From the NCBI GenBank assembly GCA_043228905.1, contig JBHGNT010000022.1, positions 1,674,001 to 1,738,000 on the forward strand: a stretch of DNA of 64,000 nucleotides. Reading direction: 5' to 3'. The position numbers were made by a program, and so were the translations under genes. Source of the DNA: Azolla caroliniana (taxonomy: Eukaryota > Plantae > Polypodiophyta). Shown piece by piece: positions 24,394-36,812 of the stretch. Each line of letters opens with the position of its first letter. Within the stretch, counting starts at the first letter, position 1. The notes under the pieces are model-generated. The model was not told the origin of the DNA and searched no databases. It saw nothing but the letters and a program-made list of their open reading frames with translations.

Positions 24394-27300
24394 TGTTGAG
24401 AGATAAGCTCAACATTCGTGCGTAATACGGTGCGTAACCCAGTGCATAGACTGGCTGCGTAAAATAGTACGCATAACGTGGCCGTATCGGTGTGTAAACC
24501 GGAAGGCCGTTGGAGAGATGTTCCTCATAAGGAATAATTTTGGGAGTAAGTGTTGAGGCTCATTTATGAGCAGTCAAGTATTGTCAGTACTTGCGTCAAC
24601 CCGATTTTCAGGGCTTGTATAAAAGGTGCTCACTGAGCACGGTGTATGTATAGATTGAGTATTATTTTGAATTGTTTTTCTGTGTGTTCTCTCTCTCTCT
24701 CTGTCTGTCTCTCCCTCGTACTGTGTGTATTCAAGCTCTCCATTAAACCTGCGTAGTTTTTGTGTTCGGTTTTCTATTGCTTCTGCACATAATCTTTTTC
24801 ATGGTATCAGAGCGCGAGGGTTGAGAACCTCTGCAGCCGACATAGCTTGAAAAGAAAACTAACCAAGAAGAACAGGAAAAACAAAATGGATATAGAGGCA
24901 TGGCTAGCTCGCTTCCTACTGAGAAGCTCGACAGAAACAACTGCGCGTCTTGGTCCTACAAGATGCACCAGTACCTGCTCGGGCACGATTACTGGAGCTA
25001 TGTCGACGGAGCAAATGACACAACACCCGATTCGACACACAAAGACTTCCCGGCCTGGGAATAGTCGGCGAGCAGAGTACTGTACTGCTTTGCGTCTTGT
25101 GTGGGCGAATAGCTCCTAAGCTACATTCGGGATGCAAAAACACCGAAAGATGCTTGGGGAAATCTGAAGAAGATTTTTGCCGCAAGCACCACAACCAGGA
25201 AGCTTCAACTCCGACAGGAGCTGAGCAACCTACGACAACGCAACTTGTCGGTGGTTGATTACACCTCGAAGATCAAAGATATATGCGAATCCCTAGCCTC
25301 CATCGATGTGAACGTCGAGGAAGGCGAGATGGTGCAGATCTGTCTCGGGGGACTGGCGACGAAGTTGAGAGCGTTCCGAACTGGTGTGTGTACACGAGAG
25401 AATACGCCGTCGTTTTTCGAGCTACAGTCGATGCTCCTTATAGAGGAGAACCATGCGGGTGCGTCGACGAGCACACATGCCGACAACAAGATGCTGTACA
25501 CAGAGGGAGATAGGCCCCATGGTTGTGACGGACAAGGCGAGTCGGTGCGCAATGGAGGCAGCCGACGGGATCAAGGAAGAAGGCACCGAAGTGATGCCGA
25601 CAACAATTTCGGACCCTCCGGAAACAGGGGGAGTCGAGGTGACGAGAACCGGCAAGGGAAATCCACCGCGGAATGCTGGTACTGTGGCAAGAAAGGCCAC
25701 AGGGAGAGCGAGTGCTGGAAAAAGCGCGCCAATTCGGAGAGAACCGGGCCCGGATTAGGTTCCGGACAGACCGACAAAGGAAATCGGCAACGATCACACT
25801 ACGCCGAAGGATCCGGAAAACCCGGAAAAGGGTTAGTCTTCGTGACGAGACACGAAGCAAACTCGATGAAGAAGATCACACTGATGTCGGACGAGGTGTG
25901 GTACGTCGACTCCGACGCGTCAAACCACATGATGTGCCACAAGGAGTGGTTCTCGTACCTGGAAAAACCGATGCAACCGGGAGTAGTCGCAACCGGAGAC
26001 GACACTCCGCATCCGATCGCGAATGTCAGTGAAGTTCCCTTGAACCATGTTGGGTAGAAAGGGAAACTTATGAATTTGTTACATGTCCCGACAATCACGA
26101 AGAATCTGGTGTTGATCGGGCAGATCGTCGACCAGGGGATGCAAGTCCGGTTCACGCATCTTGGGTGCTTCATCGAGGAAGAAGGCTGAGTTATTGCGCG
26201 AGGGCGCAGAGACGGGAGGATGTTTATCCTCGACTCTAGTGATGGTGGCACCGCAATGTTCGCGAAAGGACAAAAAGTCGAGTTAGATATCGACTTATGG
26301 CACAAGCGGATAGGCCACGTCAACTATCAACGGCTTCAGAACCTGCAATCGAAACAGGTGGTGTTCGGATTGCCCAAATTTAGTGGCCGAAAGGCGCAAA
26401 TTTGTGAAGCGTGCCAGCTAGGGAAGCAACACCGACTTCCTTTCCCTAACGAGTATAACCGGAGCCGGAACAAGTTTGACTTGATACATTCCGATGTATG
26501 GGGGCCGACACAGAATGTTAGTCTTGGCGGGAGTCGATATTTTGTGTCCTTCATCGACGACTATACGCGACACACGTGGATCTACCTCATCGAGAAGAAG
26601 AGTGAAGTCTTCGACTATTTCCGGAACCTCAAAGGGTTCTTGGAAACGGTTACAGGACGAAAGATCAAGTGCTTGTGGTCGGATGGTGGAAAAGAGTACT
26701 TTTCCGTTCAATTCAACGGCTATCTGCAACAAATGGGAACTCGGCGTGAATTCAGTTGTAGATACACGCCGAAGCAAAACGGCGTGGCCGAGAGGAAGAA
26801 CCGGTCAATTGTAGAAACAACACGGCCAATGATGGAGGAGAAGAGCTTGCCCAAGTTCTATTGGGCCGAGGCTGTATGAACCGTGGTGTACATTCAGAAT
26901 CGGATCGAAGAAAAAGTGTCGGCGCATGACCTGTATTTCGGAAGAAAGTCGAATCTGCGACACTTGAGAGTTTTCGGTAGCATTGCGTATGTGCATGTGC
27001 CGAAGGACAAACGGAGGAAGTTGGACGCGAAAATTGAGAAGTGTATCTTGGTCGGCTATTCGGATGAGCAGAAGGGTTATAAGTGTTATAACCCTCACAC
27101 CAAACAAACACGCGTGAGCCGCGACGTTGTGTTTGACGATTCCGCGTCCTGGTACTTGCCTCCGACTCCGCACCTCATCTCTAATCCGAGTTCTGACGAT
27201 GAGGTCAACAAGGCCGAGATGCCTCTGGATGCGCCTGAAATTGGGACCCGTGAAAAGAGCTCGATTTCGTTTCGGTTAAGTGGACCGAATGAGCGACTGA

Positions 27301-27935
27301 GTCGGTTTGACCAGTCCGAAGGTGTCGGATTATGACACTAATAGGAATGAGTCGGATCTACGCGAGTCCGACTCCGAGGGAAGTGATGACGGGTCTTTGA
27401 GAGCGAAGTCCGCGTTGGCCAAGAAAGCCTCAACTTCAGCTAATGAACAATTACGCCGATCTACCCACCAGAAGAACCCTGTTGTGCGGTTCGGTTACAA
27501 CGAGTACATGGCGCATCACTATGCGTACATGACGCATGTAACAAAAGTGCGTGAGCCGGAGAGCTATGCAGAAGCAGCGAAGGACGTGAATTGGTGTGCC
27601 GCAATGGAGGAAGAGATGCGCACATTGGAGGAGAATGAAACCTGGGACCTGGTTTACACACCGGAATGTGTGAAGCCGATCGGATGTAGGTCAGTGTACA
27701 AGGTCAAGTACAACACTGACGGCTCGGTCAACCGATACAAGACCCGGTTAGTAGCAAAAGGCTACGCGCAGAAACATGGCATCGACTACGATGAGATGTT
27801 TGCGCTGGTCACAAAGATGACGACCATCCGTGTTCTGCTCGCGGTAGCTGCGGCAAAGGGGTGGCACTTACATCAGATGGATGTAAAGAATGCGTTCCTG
27901 CAAGGTGAGCTTGAGGAATAGGTGTACATGGTATA

Positions 27936-28014
27936 TGTTGGGGACAAGGTCGTTAGTGCGGAAGAACAAACAACATTTGTGAAGTTGAAGGACCTGTGTA
28001 TGAGAATGAAACAA

Positions 28015-28077
<63 letters not shown>

Positions 28078-31000
28078 ACACACACACACACACAGATAGG
28101 CACAAAGAAATGACTTTTTCTCAATAGCAACAGTTACAAAAAATGATAACCAACCTTTTCTAAAGGTTACAAAGTCACTATATATAGTGACTATCCTAGG
28201 GCAACTGCCCTTTAAATGCTATTTACAGAAATAGCCCAAACTCGGGATGTCCAAAAGAGGACAGTGTGAATACAGCCATTATACACTCGTATTAGACACT
28301 CCCCTGTAATGGGCGTATACATGGGTTATACTAAAGTTATAGGTATGTACAAGGTTGTCGGGCAGATCGGTTTTGTTTGAGTCGGCAGGATCTGAAGACT
28401 GAAGCCCGAACCGGCCGGGTCAGAATAGCTGAAGCCGATCCTCAAAGAACCGATGTATGTTGTCCGAAACCATCCTGTGCTGTGTGTCCGACTTTAAAGA
28501 ACCGATTTTTCGTTACGCCCATTTGGTGCCGAAGGGACCGGAAACGATCCGCCGAAAGACACTTGGTCATTCCATCTGCGACATTATCAGTTGTGGATAT
28601 TTTCTCGAGATCGATTTTCCTTGAAATGACGCAGTCCCGAACGAAGTGATATCGAACGTCGATATGCTTGGAGGCATTGTGGTGAACCAGATTCTTTGAC
28701 AAAGAATCAACACCTTGACTGTCGCTGTAGACAATTGGAGCTGAGTCGAGGTGGACTTGTCTAAATGTGTGCGCTAGCTGACCGAGCCATAAAGCTTCTT
28801 TGGCCGTGTCAGACGCAGCTACATATTCCGCTTCGGTTGTTGAGGTGGCTGTGCACTCTTGAAGTTTCGACTTCCACGAGATTGCTCCATTTCCGAATTT
28901 GAAACAATATCCGGTTGTTGATTTCCGACTGTCTACGCAGTTGGCGAAGTCCGAGTCGGTGTAATTGACTATGCCTGAGGTTGAGTTCGGGCCAAAAAGA
29001 ATGTTGTGGTCTTTTGTGCCAGCTAGATATCTGAACACATGCTTGACTGCGTTCCAGTGCGATCCGCCTGGGTTGTGCATGAATCTACTGACGACTCCTA
29101 TGGCGTGAGAAATATCAGGCCGTGTCGCGACCATTGCGTACATAAGGGAGTTGACTGCCGGTGCATACGGTACCGACTTCATATCTTCCCCCTCCAGACC
29201 GGATGTCGGATAGTCTCGCTGAGATAGCTGAAGGTTAATGGGGAGCGGGGTCGAAGCAGACTTGGCCGAGTGCATTTTGAAGGGTTCCAAGACACGTCTG
29301 ATGTATTCGGTTTGAGACAAGAAAAGTTGTCGTTTATTGTGATACCGACTAATCTTCATACCAAGTATGTGTCTTGCCGGACTGAGGTCCTTCATGGCAA
29401 ACTTCAATTGCAGTTTCCGAACGAGTTCGGTGAGCTCTCCAGCATGTCGGCCGGAGAGTAGCATGTCGTCCACGTAAATGATGAGGAAGAAGGGAGACTC
29501 GTCTTGAGTTGTTCTGGTGAAGAGACAGTGGTCCTCATCGCTCTTGGAGAAGCCGACTGATTGGATGAAGTCGTCGAACTTTTTGTACCACTGTCGGGGT
29601 GCTTGTTTCAGGCCGTATAAACTCTTCCTGAGTCGGAAGACTAGATGTTCCTGGCTGGATGCCACAAAGCCTTTTGACTGCTCCATATAGATTTCCTCTT
29701 GTAGGTCACCGTGGAGGAATGCCGTTTTTACATCTAGCTGAATCAGCTCCAAGTTGTCGGCGGCCACGACGCCGAGCATGAAACGAAGGGTTGTCATTTT
29801 CACCACTGGTGAAAAGATTTCATTGAAGTCGATGCCATGTTCTTGTCGAAATCCTTTCGCAACTAGTCTGGCCTTGTACTTTGGGTTGGTCGAGTCAGAC
29901 GTCTCGTTTAGTCAATAGACCCACTTGCGCGGAAGAGCATGCCGATTCTCCGGTAATTCGACCAAGTCCCAAGTCTTGTTTGCACAAATGGAGTGCATTT
30001 CCGACTCCATCGCTAGATGCCAAGTGGCTGAGTCTGCAGATGCCGATGCTTCTTCATAAGACGTCGGTTCTCCGGTGTCGGTAAAGAAAATTCCAGGAGA
30101 ATACCTTTCCGGAGGTTGCGACAGTCTCTCGGATCTTCGAGGTATCACTGGACTGGTCGCACCGGGTATAAATGTCGGATGGTCAGAAGTTGAGTCACTC
30201 GGTTGTGCTGAATCAGTGGATTCAGTTCGGGAGGTGTTGGTTACCCGTGAAACCGATCTCGTGTTGTGGGCTGGGCCTTCATGAAGGGTTGGCACTTCGG
30301 AGAATATTACCCTTCGAACTTCAATAGGCCTTTCGGCCATTTTGTGCATAGCCGACTCGTTGAACACGACGTCCGAACTTCGGACGATTTGTCTGTGCTC
30401 GAGGTCCCAGAATCGGTATCCGATCTCGCTGTTGGGTCCATTTCCAAGGGAAACACATTTCCTTGATCTTGGTTTGAGTTTCCGACGGTCGTCTTTTGGT
30501 ATGAGAGCATACACCTCGTAGCCGAAGATCCTTAGCTTGTCATAATTCGGCTTACTGCCGGTCCATGTTTCCTGAGGTATTTTAAGTCCTAGAGGTCTAC
30601 TTCGCGACATATTTATGATGTGTATTGCCGTAAGTAGAGCCTCTGCCCAGAAGCCATCCGACAGTCCGGAGTGTTGGAGCATGGATACTATGCGTTCTTG
30701 AATCGTCTGATTCATGCGTTCATCAATTCCGTTATGCTCTGGACTATAGGGTGCCGTATATTCACGTCGAATGCCGCGTTCTCGGTAAAATTTGACGAAT
30801 TCTTCAGAGTTGAATTCTCCTCCGTTGTCAGTTCGGAGACATTTCAGTTTCCGAACGGCCTGATTTTCGACCATTGCAAGCCATTCGGAGAAGATCGAGA
30901 ACACCCGATCTTTGGTTCTGATGGAGTAAGACCACACCTTCTGAGTCGAGTCGTCAATAAAACCGACGAAGTATGAAGCACCGCCGAGAGACTGATGTGG

Positions 31001-32710
31001 CATCGGGCCACAGATGTCCGAGTGGACCAAATCGAGGGGACTCGATTCTCTTGGTGTTGATGTCGGGTGTGATGCGGCTTCCTGTTTGCCGTACTGGCAA
31101 TGCTCGCAGAATTGGTGATTCGAGAAGGAGAGTTTGGGGATGTAACCGGCTCTGGATAGGTGACTTATGTCGGCCTTGCTAAGGTGTCCTAGTCGTCCAT
31201 GCCATAACGATGACACGGGGATATCAACCAAAAATAGGTCACCCTCTTTGAGTGTGACATATAAAGGGTACAAGGAATGTACCTTTGGTTCTCGAGCAAG
31301 CAGGAGGTTCCCTTTGTGGAGTGTCCACCCTCCTGATGAGAATCCGGCACGAATGCCGGTTTTGTCAAGCTGTCCGACTGAGATCATGGATCTTGATAGC
31401 TCAGGAATGTGTCGGACGTTGTGTAGTATGAGTGTAGAGCCACTCGGAAGGTTGAGCTCTACGGTGCCGATTCCGATTATAGCACAGTGCTGCGAGTTTC
31501 CGACTCGAATTGAGTCGGAGTGCCGGTCTGAGTATTGCCGAAACTGAGATCGGTGAGGTGTCACATGATACGATGCGCCCGAGTCCAGGAGCCATGTGCT
31601 TGATTCCTCAGTCATATGTAGAACTTCTGATTCGACTGGGTTCTTTATGGACAATACGTTCGGGTCGGTCGTCAAAATTTCGGCTGAAGAGCCGACGTAG
31701 TTGACCTCCTCATGCCGGCTACTCTTCTGATCCGCTCTCTGAGCTTTGTCGGTTTTTGCTTTGAGTGCCCTACAGTCGGCTTTGATGTGTCCCGGTTTCT
31801 TGCAATAGTTGCAGATTCGCTGATTGTTCGGCGGTCGGGAAGAACTTCTTCCCTGGTTGTTCGATCGGTTGGTCGAACCTTGTACTACGTAAGCTTCATT
31901 TTCCGAGTCTTTGGCGAAAGACTTTCTCTGAGCTGCTTTAGTGAGGATTGCGTTCGTGACTTCGGAGTACTTAATGACAGCTGTTGAAGCATTGCGGACG
32001 GTTGTAACAAAAGTTTCCTATGAAGAGGGGAGACTACTCATGAGTATCATTGCTCTGAGTTCATTCTCGATTACCGTCCCCTGAGACGAGATTTGGGAGC
32101 TTACGCTTTCGTACTCATTGACGTGTGCTTGAACCGAATCAGATTCTTTCATCCGCAAGTTGTAGAGACGCCGGATCAGATACATCTTCGTTGCAGCGAC
32201 CTTCTTTTCATAAGTTTCCGACAATGTTTTCCATAGTTAAAACCCTGTCGAGCACGATTGCACTGTGAAGTACACTGACTCTGATAAGTGCATTTGAATT
32301 GTTCGGCAGACGATTCTGTCCAACTTTAGCCATTCGTTTGCCTTGTATGCTTCTGGAGGATTTTCATTCTCAATCGGGTCTATCTGACCCTTGACTATGA
32401 GATAGTCCTGCATTTGCTCCTTCTAGAAGTTGAAGTTCGAACCGTCGAGCCTCCTTAGACTCATCTCTGATGAGCCGGATGTTGATGCCATCTACTTCGG
32501 TTTTGGTTGGTAAGACTCGGTACGGAGTTGACTACGAACCTTAGTGGGGTGTAGCTGGTCGACTCACCCGATATCATTCTAGTCGGTTTTTGAACCCGAG
32601 TCGGTTTGGTTTCAGATACTTGTTGCGGAGCTTGCTCGAAGTGACTTCGGTAACTTGAGGGACAGAACCGGCTGGTCTTCCTAAACTTCGGTAACTCCGG
32701 AACGAACACT
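27936..32710 (-). mobile_element. Tnt1/Tork-like Ty1/copia element G; 5' LTR deleted
   Basis: 3' LTR 27936-28298 with adjacent PPT; RT-RH ORF 28442-29806 (YVDDML, SKHIDVRYHF); PR-INT ORF 29912-31675 (WLLDSGAS); gag from ATG ~32491. Confidence 0.92.
28017..28094. repeat. (CA)n(CG)n(CA)n alternating purine-pyrimidine microsatellite in the element G LTR
   Basis: Direct reading. Confidence 0.95.
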
Positions 32711-34632
32711 TTGGCGGTGTGCCGATTGAAGAAGTCCCTTTACGGACTAAAGCAAGCCCCGCATGCCTGGAACGCGAAGATCACGCAATGATTGCGTCGG
32801 ATGGGCTTTGTGACGTCCAAATCAGACTCACTGTTCATCCAGAAAGGTCAACTCGGGCCGGTTAGCATTTTACTTTATGTTAATGACTTGGTCATCACCA
32901 ACGCCGACCTAGGTTAGATTGACCGCGTGAACCTCCAGCTTGTGGCATCATTCGACATGAAGGATCTGGGGGACCTTCATTACTTCCTCGGGATCAAAGT
33001 GATCCGTACCCCCTCGGCATACTGATCAGCCAACGACATTACGTGCTGAATATGCTCTTCAAATTCGGGATGGCCGACTGTAAATCCGTCTCGACTCCTC
33101 TAGATAGAACCGTCAAGCTTCGCCCCGATTCTGGAAAGGTATGCGACCCGACGAGGTTCCGATAGATAGTCGGAAGCCTTATATACTTGACCATCACCCG
33201 ACCACATCTCAGCTACCCGGTCGGGGTGATTAGTCAGTTCATGGCGCGACCGACCGAGGAGCACCTTCCGTGCACACAATGCATACTCCGGTACGTCAGT
33301 GACACTAAGGACTAGGGGCTACTATATCAGACCGATACTGCTGCGCAGTTGGTCGGTTACACCGATGCTGATTGGGCCGATCCACGTCCGGTTTCGTGTT
33401 CTCTTTTGGGAGTGCCGCGATTGCGTGGAGTAGCAAGAAGCAACCGACAGTTATGTTGTCGAGAATCGAAGCCGAGTATAGAGGAGCGGCTGTCGCGACG
33501 TGTGAAGCCATATGGTTGAAGCGGCTACTTAAGGATCTGCAGGTGGAGGTATCCGATCCAACGACAATCTACTGCGACAACCTTAGCAGCATCCAGCTAG
33601 GAAAGAACCCTGTCTTCCACGCCCGGACTAAGCACATTGAGGTGCACTACCATTTCGTCCGTGAGCGTGTCCTCTCCGGTGAAGTCGAACTTCAATATGT
33701 TCCGACGGATCGGCAGAACGCCGACATCTTTACCAAGCCTCTTGGTCTAGACAAGTTGCGGCAATTCTCGAGTGCGCTTGGGTTGCGTCACCTCGACGTG
33801 CCGAACTTGAGGGGGAGAGACGTCCCGGATGACCACAGAAGGGAGTAGGAAAGGAGCGGAAAAGACCGTGATGCTGAGTCGGATGACGAATTCGATTTCG
33901 GATCGGTTGAAGAAGTCGAGGGAGGATCTGCGGAAGAGTTCGAAAACGGACATAAGGGGAGCAGACGAAAGAAAGAGCCGAAGCCAACCAAGCGTGTGGG
34001 AGAGGAAGCCATCAAGGGCGAGAAGACCGAAGACGAGTTGGAGACAACCAACTTGGACAAGAGCGAAAACCGATCGGAGGAAGCCGAGTCGGTTCGAATG
34101 TTTGATTCGGATACACTGAATCAACCAAGGGCCAAGCGGAAGAGAAGGCAACAGAAGAGGCGCCAACACTGCAACAACAAGGAAGCTGAGAAGGGCCGTG
34201 TAAGCAGACAAACTGGCCGGAAGGGTCGAGGCATGCGGAATCGAACGGGTCGAGGAGTGCGAGCGAGGCGTGAAGCTAGAAGGAACTGGAGCGTAGATCC
34301 GGCAGTGTAGGTGGAACCTCAAGTTGAGCTTGAGGGGGAGTGTTGAGAGACAAGCTCAACATTCGTGCGTAATACGGTGCGTAACCCAGTGCCTAGACTG
34401 GGTGCATAAAATAGTATGCATAACGTGGTCGTATCGGTGCATAAACCGGAAGGCCGTTAGAGAGATGTTCCTCATAAGGAATAATTTTGGGAGTAAGTGT
34501 CGAGGCTCATTTATGAGCAGTCAAGTACTGTCAGTACTTGCGTCAGCCCGATTGTCAGGGCTTGTATAAAAGGTGCTCATTGAGCATGGTGTATGTACAG
34601 ATTGAGTATTATTTTGAATTGTTTTTCTATGT

Positions 34633-34674
<42 letters not shown>

Positions 34675-34762
34675 CCGCGTACTGTGTATATTCAAGTTCT
34701 CCATTAAACCTGCATATTTTCTGTGTTCAGTTTTCTATTGCTTTCACACATAATCTTTTTCA

Positions 34763-34945
34763 TATTAACTAATATGTTCCTATTTAGTAGTTCATACTAG
34801 ATCCGACCGATCTCCATCCAAATCCATCCGATTCGGTCTCTGGATATCTTCCAGATCCATCTGGTCACGTTCCTTCCTTCATCCCGTCTGATCCGGCTTA
34901 TCAGGTTCCATCTGGATCCCATCCGAAGGGACCTGTTTCCCAACA
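34763..34945 (-). mobile_element. Distal part of the element C2 5' LTR, displaced by element D
   Basis: Begins with the D TSD TATTA; minus strand starts TGTTGGGAAACAGGTCCCTTCGGATGGG, matching the start of the element E LTR. Confidence 0.8.
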
Positions 34946-36812
34946 GGCGTTGACTTTGAAGCCTTTTGCAAACATGGCTGACTTCACCTCGTTCGACTCA
35001 AGGATGAACATTCGACCTTCTCTTTGACCTTGAGCGAGAAGTCGAACGTCTTTTTCTATAAAGAGCCCTTTGTGATTAAACCGTACTTGCTTGCCTTGTT
35101 CTACTATCTGGCCGACTTAGACAGTTTTTTCGTGATGGTTGGAACATCCAAGACGTTCTTGAGGTAGGTTCGATCAAGCTTTCTCAACTCTTAGAACCAA
35201 TCTTCATGAGACGTCATGTGATTGGACGATTTAGAGTTGACAAACCATACATTATCTTATGAAGAGGTGTTGCTCAGAGTCTGTGCCAACATCGAGTGTG
35301 CTTTATGCCTCATTACAAACATTCTGCCATGGTTGTCATAGTTGGAATTTGAGGAATAGTTAGTGAGTTGTCGGCTGGTCGACGCCGACTCTTGTTTTTT
35401 CTTTCAGCACTCCTCTTCATAGTGGCCGAGTTTTCCACAATACCCGCATTTGATGGGGATGTTTTGGTGGCTTGGTTCAGTAGGATGGCTCCTCCTTCTG
35501 CCGAACTCCCTTGGAGTGGTCCTGGCCTCCTGCCAATGATGGGAATTGTATTCTGGGGTCGACTGACCCTATCGGCCTTGTTCGAATCGGCCTCTGTTTC
35601 CTTGGCCAAAGCTTCTTCCCTCATCTGACTGGGAGTAGAGCATTGACCATCGGGCGCATTGCTTCTTTGTCAGATGTGATTTTTCTCGACGAATAGTATT
35701 TATTGAAGGTCGAAAAAGGAGGGAGGATTCTCCCTTGAAAGGATGGCTGATATGATCGTGCCGAATCGTGGTGCTAAGTCGTCGAGGCATACTTGCTCCA
35801 GTTCATCATCGTCGATGATGACGTTAATTGATCCGAGGGCATTACACAACTCCTTGATTTTCAAGGTATAGCTGATGATCGACGTATCCCTTTTTTGTAT
35901 GTTGTTCAACTCCTATCGGAATTGAAGCTTGCGTGCAACTATGTTGGCCTAAAAAATCTTCTTGAGGTTGCACCAAGCTTCTTTTGGCATTTTTGCCTCT
36001 CGAATATAGCCGAGCATGTGATCATGAACGCATGATGCTAGACAGTAAAATAGAATACTCAAGACAATGTATATTACAAAGGAGATTAACCGAACTAATT
36101 ACAAAGTAGGAGGAGAGTGCTTTATATAGTCGCTCTCTCTCTTCATTAACTACCGAAGCTCATGGGTCATGGGGAATGTAAAAACTCATTAGTTATGTGT
36201 CATAGAATATGATTCTATGACACATAGTTAATGTGTAGATAAGAGTTGGCTGCTTGCTCCCATGCTGGGTAGTCGACATATGTTGGGTTGGGTTGTATTA
36301 CTTGAGCTCCTTCAATATAGCTTCAATATCCTTGACCAACAAGCTATTGGGGCATCTTGTATTCCCAGGATGCGAAGTTTGCCTTGTGAAGCTTCTTTAT
36401 AGGAAGAGCGCTTCCCATCTGAGTGTTCATAGTGGCAATTTTCTTCTCTAGTGTTGAGCCAGTTCTGTTTTGGTCATCGGTGTGAGGCACAACACAATTG
36501 AATAAGCTCGATAAAAAAACCACACGCGCTGGTACCATGTGAAGTAATGGAAGAGTGTAGGTGATCTCATGCAGCGAAAGGAAACTTTGTGTGTAAGACA
36601 AACAAACAAAGGGAGAGAGTGAACTTAGAGATAGGGAACAAGAAGTTGTATTAGGCAAAATGAAATACATCCAACAATAACGAAGTTACAAAAGGTTGGT
36701 TTAAATAGCAACTAACCTAGGGCAGTTGCCCTTTCTGCTATTTACAAAACTAGCCTAGTGTGTCCATTGCTAGTGTGAAAGCCATTTCATTGGGGAAGTT
36801 GGGTTTGATTCT
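34946..36812 (-). mobile_element. Decayed Ty1/copia element F, 5' part (LTR remnant, PBS, gag, protease)
   Basis: Degenerate PBS ~36526-36537; gag MNTQMGSALPIKKL...WEYKM, RENPPSFFDLQ; ~200 bp LTR-like insert at ~36050-36248; LTR region appears mosaic. Confidence 0.7.

Larger units (their letters stand above)
24394..34762 (+). mobile_element. Full-length decayed Ty1/copia element D; interrupted in RT by element G
   Basis: LTRs 24394-24801 and 34341-34762 (TG...CA); TSD TATTA; PBS-Met 24802-24813; PPT GAGGGGGAG before 34341; domain order gag (CWYCGKKGHRESEC), PR, INT (HSDVWGP), RT, RH. Confidence 0.95.

Noticed and set aside
33846-33848. Programmed readthrough or env-like ORF after RNase H in element D
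   Set aside because: Related element I has no stop here, and the tail has no hydrophobic segment; likely a CAG>TAG mutation
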